From Stramenopiles sp. TOSAG23-3 (lineage: Eukaryota): a stretch of 50,814 bases of DNA. This document shows positions 44,029 to 50,814 of this stretch, one piece after another; within the stretch, counting starts at the first letter, position 1, and every line of letters starts with the position of its first letter. The position numbers and the translations under genes were made by a program. The notes under the pieces are model-generated. The model was not told the DNA's origin. It did no database searches and was given only the letters and a program-made list of their open reading frames with translations. The stretch is from NCBI GenBank assembly GCA_900128585.1, contig LT642163.1, positions 1-50,814 on the forward strand, given 5' to 3'.

Positions 44029-44880
44029 TTAATTCTCTTTTTTATTGTTTTCTTTCTTCTTCTTTATAACCCCGATGGCTTTAAGGAACCCTTTTGTTAT
44101 CGGGATTAACCAATACGAAGACAGCAAAAACAAAACCACTGTTGTAAAAAAAGCCGAGTGCCTCGCGATGTTCTTGTTTCTTGCCCACATCTCAGGTGAT
44201 CCGTTCAGATCTTGTCGCCAAGTGTACAGCCAAAGTCCCATTCCTACCACACGGATAAACACAAACGACAATAGGACCATGGCGGCCATTATCATGAAGT
44301 AAATGTTATCCCGGTAGCCCAATATGCGGGCAATGTAAACGTAACATAAAAATACGTTTGTGAATTCCACGGTCCCGTCCCAGTACGCCCAGTGGCTCAA
44401 GTGCCCCGTTACCAGGGTCGGCAAATAGTTGCATAGCACCAGAACATGGTGCAGGTACATTTCTGGTCCCTTTTTAAAATATCGCACGTATAGGTACAAG
44501 TCATAAAATGTGTTTGAGCAGTGTATCAGAAGGGCAATGTGCCCCCAATAGCTCGGCTTTTCCCACCGTGATTCTGCCGTTAGGCGCGTATCGTAAGCTG
44601 CGACAGTGTACATAGGACCGATTAAGCAAACGGTCAAAAAGCACACTGCGTTCTGAACAAGCTCCAATCGCTGCGTAAAGGAGAACGCCGGATACTTTGT
44701 CGGAAAAGTACTTGTAAAGGTAATGTCAAAGACGTGGCCAAGGCCAACTTGTACAAAAAAACCGACCAATGAGAGGAACAACACAACTGCCCAGGAAAGT
44801 TCTCCGCCGTACACGGCAGGATCCTCGAATAAAAACTGTGACGACTCTTCGTAGAGGGACATGGCGCTGGGGTTTACCAT
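44029..44880 (-). CDS. TLC (TRAM/LAG1/CLN8) domain membrane protein
   Basis: YDL, MYLHH, EFTNVFL, FVFIRV, YWL..I motifs; about 6 TMs; lysine-rich tail. Confidence 0.85.
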   Translation of the reverse strand: MVNPSAMSLYEESSQFLFEDPAVYGGELSWAVVLFLSLVGFFVQVGLGHVFDITFTSTFPTKYPAFSFTQRLELVQNAVCFLTVCLIGPMYTVAAYDTRLTAESRWEKPSYWGHIALLIHCSNTFYDLYLYVRYFKKGPEMYLHHVLVLCNYLPTLVTGHLSHWAYWDGTVEFTNVFLCYVYIARILGYRDNIYFMIMAAMVLLSFVFIRVVGMGLWLYTWRQDLNGSPEMWARNKNIARHSAFFTTVVLFLLSSYWLIPITKGFLKAIGVIKKKKENNKKEN

Positions 44881-45732
44881 TTTAACGTCGATACTATTGT
44901 TTCAGAGTAAGTGCCTCCCTTCGTATATCTTGTGGCGGGTATAAATAATTATCTGCTAGAAAATGTGTTTTAAAATAAGATTTTCAGATTAAACAAATAA
45001 CTCTTTCATGCATTTCCACTTTACACGAACTCGTTTACAATAAGAATAATAATAATAAAAATTTATTTTAATAAAATGGAAAATAACACAACAACCTGCG
45101 TCTGTGACGACTGATGCCGGTGGTGTGTTGCTGTCTGTCGTCCGCGGGTGGGGCGCCCGTCCATATTGGAGTTAGAAAAAGGGTTTAATCCCCCGATATC
45201 TTCTCTTCATATTTTGACTTCTTCTTCTCTCTTCCTTCTTCCTTTTCCCTTCTTCTTCTCTTTCTTCTCTTTCTTCTTTTTCTTCTCTTTCTTTTTATTA
45301 GCTTAAATCGTGTTGTTTGTTTGTCGTTCTTCATCATCATTATTTTTTTATTATTAGTAGACGACTATAATTATATTTATTAGTCCTATTATATTATGTT
45401 ATCGTATCTATTACATTATCATTATTATTATTCGTTCCATCAGATTTTTTATTATATATTATGAAATAATAATATATTTTCTTCTTCTTCTCTCCTCTTG
45501 CTTCTCTTCTTCATTTTTTCGCATGTTGCATGAGAAAACAAGTCTATGTTTATCTTGCGTTTCTTAACTCACTGCCACCAGGACAAAAATAGTTCTAAGA
45601 GGAAGAATAAGGACACGGAGATTCATGGATGAAGTAATTTGAAGAAGGTTCCACTGAAAGGTATGCAGGCGATTGGCAATCAAACCACCATTGTTTGACA
45701 AATAAGTTAACAACCGTAACCAGACCGACCCC

Positions 45733-48700
45733 ATGCCGTGGCCTTTTAAAAAGAAGAAAAAGGTGCCCGGGCTTCCGTCTAGCGATAATGGGACGACTGT
45801 GCAAAAAATTGCCCAGCTTCGGGTGCTTATTGAGTCTGGTAAATTGGCAAGGCCGAAACGCAAGATTTACCAAAAACTGCTGAGGAAATTCATGATTATG
45901 CGAGAAAAAGAGTTGGCTGCCCGAGGAATGGCAGAGGAGGACGACGAGAAGGTTGCAGACGTTAAGCCCTCACCAGAGGTAGAAGCAAAGGCGGCAAAAG
46001 ACCGTCGTAAATTGGAGCAGCAAGACAAAATTGCGCGGGCAGCTTTAAAAACAAAGATTAGGGCCATGCGCGCAAAGCCTGTAAAAAAGTTCGCGTGCGG
46101 GAAGGAGTGCGCACTCATGCTTCTCGAATCTGGCGAGCTTTACCAGTGGAGGAACGATAACCCACTGCCAGTCCTAATGAATGACCTATTTTCAGAAGAA
46201 TCGAGGACTGAACATAGACTTGTCGACAAACTCAACGCAGGGCGATTCTACTGGACAGAAGAGGAGCTGATGAAGCTGGACATGTCGTCGCTCGAAACCC
46301 TTAGAGAGGAATTAAAACTTACATTGTACAGTAGAACCGATTTGTTGTCCAGAATTGGAGGTTTGTTTGATCTTGGGACTGGTAACTTTCCCGTCAAGCT
46401 TCGGAATCTAAAGTTTGAAGACGTCGCAGCCTCTTCGACCCAGGACATTAATGTTGTTGCCAAAGAACTTGGGCTGATTGGAAAAACTTCAGCAAAGTTT
46501 TTAGTTCGAGCCATTATTAAAAAGCGCAGCAGAATTGACCCTGTAATTGTCGATGTAGCTGCCGGTGATTTTCACTTCGTTGCCGCAACCAATTCTGCCA
46601 CCCATCCCGTGTGGAGTTGGGGGAGGAACACTAACGGCCAGCTGGGGCACGGGGACACGGTCGACAGGGAGTTCCCGTGCCCAGTCCGCACGATTCAACA
46701 CATGGTTGAGCAAGTGTGCTGCGGGAATAACTTCACGATGATATTGACTAATTCGGGGATGGTCATGACATGGGGGAAGGGAGACTCTGGTCAGCTAGGG
46801 CATACGGTTCCGAAATCAAAGGACAACCCTGAAAGCGCAAATCCAGAAGCCGAGGGCACCGGGAACACGAACCCTACAGCTGCGCACCTTCAGCTCGTTT
46901 TTGAAGACGACACTATTCCGTCGCGAATGGACCTTGCAAGCAACTTAGGAGAGAAGATGAAAATAGAGGCAGATGAGATGTCCGATTCGCACCCCACGTT
47001 ACATATTGCAGCCGGGGGCACCATGGGGAGTGCATGGAGCACACGTTGGCCAGTTACTGAAGACCTGAATCACTTTGACAAACAGTCCTTAGAAGACTTG
47101 AAATCAGAGCTTGAAGAGAAAATGCGCCGTCTCAAAACAGCAGAGTCCATCCATACGGAACTGCGTCGACGTTATGGGGACCGCAGGGCATGTGCTACGT
47201 ATGCCGAGTTGGTAACTTGCGACTACAAAGACGATATTGGGGATGGGAAGCCCCGTTGTAGAAAGATTGGGGACCGGCATGAAATTTCTCCAAAATGTGG
47301 GAAATGTTTTGGACGAGGCTACCACCGAGACGAAAAGCTGCAAATCATAGACACCCTTATTGGCCGATCCATCGCTCAAGAAAAGCTTCGAAAAAACGAG
47401 TTCCGTGATTCTAAGCATGCAATAATAAGCGTAGAGCAAGAGCTTAAATTGCTAAATAAAGAGTTACAGGAGACAAAAACAGAAAAGCTCGCATTAGAAA
47501 AATTACAAAGTGATCTGCGAAAGCAGCTTATGAACGTGAAGAAAAACGATAACATTCCAAAGGCGAAGAAAGCGGAAACGCTGAAACGGGTTGAAGAAGA
47601 AATTGTTGGATTAGATGTGCAAATAGTCCGTGTCAGTCACCACGAAACCCACTGCGCTACATCGTTGGACAACGTCCGTGGGCGTTTGATCGGGATGAAG
47701 CGGTCGTTGGTCCGAGCCCAAAAGGAATACCACAGTGCTGCTAGTAAACTGCTCCTTTACGAAAGGTTAAAAATTCGCCGTCAAAAGCGACTGTCGTGGA
47801 ACATGGTCGTGTTAAGAGATTCACACGCACGAAAGCTAATAGAAAAGGCGCATACGCTGTGGACGAGAATTGATAAGGCCAGCTTCGGAAACCTTTTTCG
47901 GGACGCAAATGAGATGAACCGTTTAATGGTAGAGTATGGTCGGAAGAGCCGCGACAATTTAGAAAACGCTTGGATTATCAAGCTCAGCAACCACAAACTA
48001 CAAAACCTTATGCGGGAGGCGACGCGTATTCTTTCAAAAGAAAAGATGCCGAGTCGACGGTTTGAGGGCCACGCCATCATGGGGGATGTGATTCGTGGGT
48101 GGATGGAATATGATACAAAAGGGCGACCAGTTTTGTACGCCCCCTACTCTACAGAAGATTCCCAAAATGATCGCATGGGCGACATCCAAGACAAGGATAT
48201 GTATTGCCATTACTTTCAACATGGTGAATGTGAGCTACCATGTAGGTACGGTCGTGTTCATGAAATGATGCCATTGCACGTCTGCCAAGCGTCCCTACAA
48301 AAGCAGGGGTTCAAAGCGACCGATGTAGACTGCGTAGAACCCGGAGAATCGGTGAAATTGTTAGATAGCACGTCTTTGGTGGTGTCCTTCTTCCCATACG
48401 ATGAGCTAGAAAGCAATATGGTACAGAAGCTGCGCTTGTACGTTGATGGCGACGGCCCGGGGCAGGGGGTACAGCAAATATTTGGCGTCATGTACAGTCA
48501 GAAAAACGAAATACCAGGCCGAGTTTTACCATCCGCAGTTTCTTTTCCAATAAACATTACCAGTGGACAAAAAGCAGGGTGGGTTGACTTGACATTTCCC
48601 AACCCGGTTGCTCTTCCAGTCTCCGAGCAGAAGCAACATTTGGAAGATGACCCGAACGATATCAAACCAGGTCTATGGATTGGATTTTACTCTCCTCATG

Positions 48701-49023
48701 GGACAGGGGTAATTCGAGTATACGGGAAACGCCTTCTTAAACAAGCAAAACGCGGGCACGTCGCAAATTTTGAGGCCTTGAAGTCGCTGGTTATAACCGC
48801 TCCGCCTATAGAGTTTCCATCTCACGAGCCACTATTGTTTCGGCCGTCCATTTATTGCGAAACAGCTGGTTTATGGGCTCGACTGTTGGCTATGCTGCTT
48901 GATATTGCGCAGTTGAAAATTCGCATTAATGGATTAAGTCTAGCAATGACTCATGAAAAAAGCGAAAAACGTGCAATGGAGATAGCGAATAATAAACAAA
49001 GCATCAGCAGGAACGATGTGTAG
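45733..49023 (+). CDS. Multidomain protein: RCC1 repeats, coiled coil, CCCH-type zinc finger, beta-rich C-terminal domain
   Basis: VAAGDFH, WSWGRNTNGQLGHGD, VCCGNNFT, TWGKGDSGQLG; CHYFQHGECELPCRYGRVH. Confidence 0.85.
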   Translation: MPWPFKKKKKVPGLPSSDNGTTVQKIAQLRVLIESGKLARPKRKIYQKLLRKFMIMREKELAARGMAEEDDEKVADVKPSPEVEAKAAKDRRKLEQQDKIARAALKTKIRAMRAKPVKKFACGKECALMLLESGELYQWRNDNPLPVLMNDLFSEESRTEHRLVDKLNAGRFYWTEEELMKLDMSSLETLREELKLTLYSRTDLLSRIGGLFDLGTGNFPVKLRNLKFEDVAASSTQDINVVAKELGLIGKTSAKFLVRAIIKKRSRIDPVIVDVAAGDFHFVAATNSATHPVWSWGRNTNGQLGHGDTVDREFPCPVRTIQHMVEQVCCGNNFTMILTNSGMVMTWGKGDSGQLGHTVPKSKDNPESANPEAEGTGNTNPTAAHLQLVFEDDTIPSRMDLASNLGEKMKIEADEMSDSHPTLHIAAGGTMGSAWSTRWPVTEDLNHFDKQSLEDLKSELEEKMRRLKTAESIHTELRRRYGDRRACATYAELVTCDYKDDIGDGKPRCRKIGDRHEISPKCGKCFGRGYHRDEKLQIIDTLIGRSIAQEKLRKNEFRDSKHAIISVEQELKLLNKELQETKTEKLALEKLQSDLRKQLMNVKKNDNIPKAKKAETLKRVEEEIVGLDVQIVRVSHHETHCATSLDNVRGRLIGMKRSLVRAQKEYHSAASKLLLYERLKIRRQKRLSWNMVVLRDSHARKLIEKAHTLWTRIDKASFGNLFRDANEMNRLMVEYGRKSRDNLENAWIIKLSNHKLQNLMREATRILSKEKMPSRRFEGHAIMGDVIRGWMEYDTKGRPVLYAPYSTEDSQNDRMGDIQDKDMYCHYFQHGECELPCRYGRVHEMMPLHVCQASLQKQGFKATDVDCVEPGESVKLLDSTSLVVSFFPYDELESNMVQKLRLYVDGDGPGQGVQQIFGVMYSQKNEIPGRVLPSAVSFPINITSGQKAGWVDLTFPNPVALPVSEQKQHLEDDPNDIKPGLWIGFYSPHGTGVIRVYGKRLLKQAKRGHVANFEALKSLVITAPPIEFPSHEPLLFRPSIYCETAGLWARLLAMLLDIAQLKIRINGLSLAMTHEKSEKRAMEIANNKQSISRNDV

Positions 49024-49128
49024 GTTTTGTTTTTATCTGAAATAACGCAGCCAATATTATTTTCTTTTAAATTTTTAAATTTTAGGTTTTTTAATCATCA
49101 CACCAGAGACTTCGATTTTTTGAATATT

Positions 49129-50151
49129 TTATATTTTGTTAGCAATCCGCTGAAAAATGCCCACAGCAGGTTTCTGCAGACCATGTTTTGAACTGTTTTT
49201 CTCAAAATTTGATGGCTTATCCCAACTACTTTCACCGGTAACATTGTTATAATAATACGGATGACCACTGCCGGGATCGATTACTTCAGACCACTCGGGG
49301 GTACCTCCAATGGCTTCTGTTTCAGAATCAACAAAACCTTCTTGTTTGTCCCAAGTAGTTTCCCCAGTGCTACTATTCTGATAGTAAACATGCCCGGAAG
49401 CCTCATCCAAATGTGAGGTCCAATTTCCTTGTAATGCAGAGTTGTTTTCCTGGTCATCTTGGCGATGGCTATAAACGCACGACGCTTGCCACTCATCCTG
49501 GTCACTTTCACTTTCATCGGGGCGATGACTATAATTATATTCACTATGCCAATCCGTTCCCTCGTTCTCACTGTCAACGGAGTGAAAACTTTGAGCCTTT
49601 TCCCGTGCTTCCATTTTCAGCTTCTTAAACTCTTCTCCTTCCTCGCCTGGTATCAAAACCAGAATGGCTTCTACTGCTTCTTTATCTTTAGCATTTGATA
49701 GAGCATCGCGCAACCGTTCTAGTCGTTCAAGTAGTCGTTCTTCCCGCAACTTTGTAGCTTCTTCAGCCAATTTCTTAACAACCAGTTTTGCCTTCTCTTC
49801 TGCTTTCTTTCTCGTTTTCTCTTCCGCCTCTATTAGGGCTTTTTCTTCGGCATCTTTTCTTGCCTCAGTCTCCCTTGCCAACCTTTCTTTCTCTTCATTG
49901 ATGCGTTTTTGTTCTGCGATCTGAGCCAAACGCTTCTTCTCCCGTGCTTCAGCCTCCCTTGCCAACCTTTCTTTTTCTTCATTGATGCGTTTTTGTTCTG
50001 CGATCTGAGCCAAACGCTTCTTCTCCCGTGCTTCAGCCTCTATTGCCAACCTTTCTTTCTCTTCATCGATGCGTTTTTGTTCTGCGATCTGGGCCAAACG
50101 CTTCTTCTCCCGTGCTTCAGCCTCCCTTGCCAACCTTTCTTTCTCTTCATC
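49129..50151 (-). CDS. Tandem WW-domain protein with 28-aa E/K/R repeats; 5' end missing (no ATG)
   Basis: WTSHLDEASGHVYYQNSSTGETTWDK and WSEVIDPGSGHPYYYNNVTGESSWDKP; in-frame TAA 12 codons upstream of the first repeat. Confidence 0.8.
   Translation of the reverse strand, partial: DEEKERLAREAEAREKKRLAQIAEQKRIDEEKERLAIEAEAREKKRLAQIAEQKRINEEKERLAREAEAREKKRLAQIAEQKRINEEKERLARETEARKDAEEKALIEAEEKTRKKAEEKAKLVVKKLAEEATKLREERLLERLERLRDALSNAKDKEAVEAILVLIPGEEGEEFKKLKMEAREKAQSFHSVDSENEGTDWHSEYNYSHRPDESESDQDEWQASCVYSHRQDDQENNSALQGNWTSHLDEASGHVYYQNSSTGETTWDKQEGFVDSETEAIGGTPEWSEVIDPGSGHPYYYNNVTGESSWDKPSNFEKNSSKHGLQKPAVGIFQRIANKI
49871..50151 (-). repeat. 84-bp coding tandem repeat, about 3.3 near-identical copies
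   Basis: Unit boundaries at 49871, 49955, 50039, 50123; encodes AREAEAREKKRLAQIAEQKRI(D/N)EEKERL. Confidence 0.95.
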
Positions 50152-50735
50152 ACCCCCGACGATTTGCCTATTGTTTTCGTTCGTGGGTTACCCCTAACCC
50201 CCAATCCCCCAACACCATGGGTGAACACTGAAATCCAATGATAATTCTTACCATCACGTTAGGGGCAGGATGCCTATACAAACGCAAAACGCCAAAACCC
50301 CTGCTGTTTCAACTGCCTTCCTTTCTCTACAACACTTTCCAATGGATTGCTCTGAGCGAAGAGCAAGGTTTTTTTTAAATATCCTCTTCTTCCTTCACAA
50401 TTGAATATTATTAACAACGGTACATTCATTATTCTTTCACACATTCATTCACTCATAAAATGTTTCCCCCACTTCTTCCTCCGCTTCAACAGAGCTTCTT
50501 CTCCTCTATTATTATCCACTCCCTATTTATTTTTATTATTATTACTACATTTGAACGTATAATAGTTGTATTTATAATACAACTTTTGATATGGTTAGCT
50601 ATGATGTTAAAAATAAAAATATCTCCTCCCATTTTTCTTCTTTCAATTTACTTTTATTACAACAGCCACAAAAAAAAAAAAATTCCATACTATAGTCACA
50701 CCATCGTATATATAACCCTAACCATAACCATCTCA

Positions 50736-50814
50736 CTAACCCTATCCTTTTGCAGAAAATGCAGTCCTTTCTTATTTACAGGACATAGCACTCGTAACCC
50801 TATTGCTAACCAAA
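50736..50814 (-). repeat. Right copy of 79-bp terminal inverted repeat
   Basis: Exact reverse complement of 1-79; preceded by degenerate TAACCCTAACCATAACC (50713-50729). Confidence 0.97.

Noticed and set aside
390..49023. Alternative genetic code or stop-codon reassignment
   Set aside because: TAA, TAG and TGA all terminate genes, and conserved proteins contain no in-frame stops.
49871..50151. CRISPR-like regular repeat
   Set aside because: Head-to-tail in-frame coding repeat without unique spacers; eukaryotic context, no cas genes.
50164..50251. Tiny 21-24 nt GT-AG intron candidates (two here on the minus strand; also 6610-6632 and 28018-28038)
   Set aside because: Removing them does not produce an ATG-initiated in-frame extension; no support without RNA data.
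1..50814. Complete linear virus, Polinton or plasmid genome suggested by terminal inverted repeats
   Set aside because: No capsid, packaging ATPase, polymerase, integrase or transposase; content is nuclear housekeeping genes.

Overview
Gene-dense eukaryotic nuclear scaffold with two N gaps (5548-5648, 14329-14389), most likely from a heterotrophic, flagellated stramenopile-like protist (inferred from RACK1 and gene content; not provable here). It holds about 23 essentially intron-less genes in the standard genetic code: ClC channel, dipeptide epimerase, PEX6, GH27 alpha-galactosidase, ALG9, a polycystin/TRP-like channel, two secreted coiled-coil proteins, transketolase, RACK1, RPS20, EttA, a TMX thioredoxin, an HMG-box/histone-fold protein, a Rab, a TLC protein, an RCC1 protein, a WW protein and several hypotheticals. 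Genes mostly form tail-to-tail pairs separated by 0.5-1.5 kb AT-rich microsatellite spacers. Most notable: (1) both ends are a perfect 79-bp inverted repeat decaying inward into TTAGGG-like units; (2) ALG9 appears fused, across a C11 +1 frame break, to a phage-type macro-like domain ending in HDDL; (3) PEX6 has the same C11-GT +1 break; (4) the AT-richer channel gene is bracketed by a 76%-identical 80-bp direct repeat; (5) two head-to-head secreted coiled-coil proteins share an unnamed C-terminal module; (6) TACC(W)GGTA palindromes recur in the spacers. Four frame disruptions in 50 kb mean assembly error is a serious alternative for the frameshift observations.
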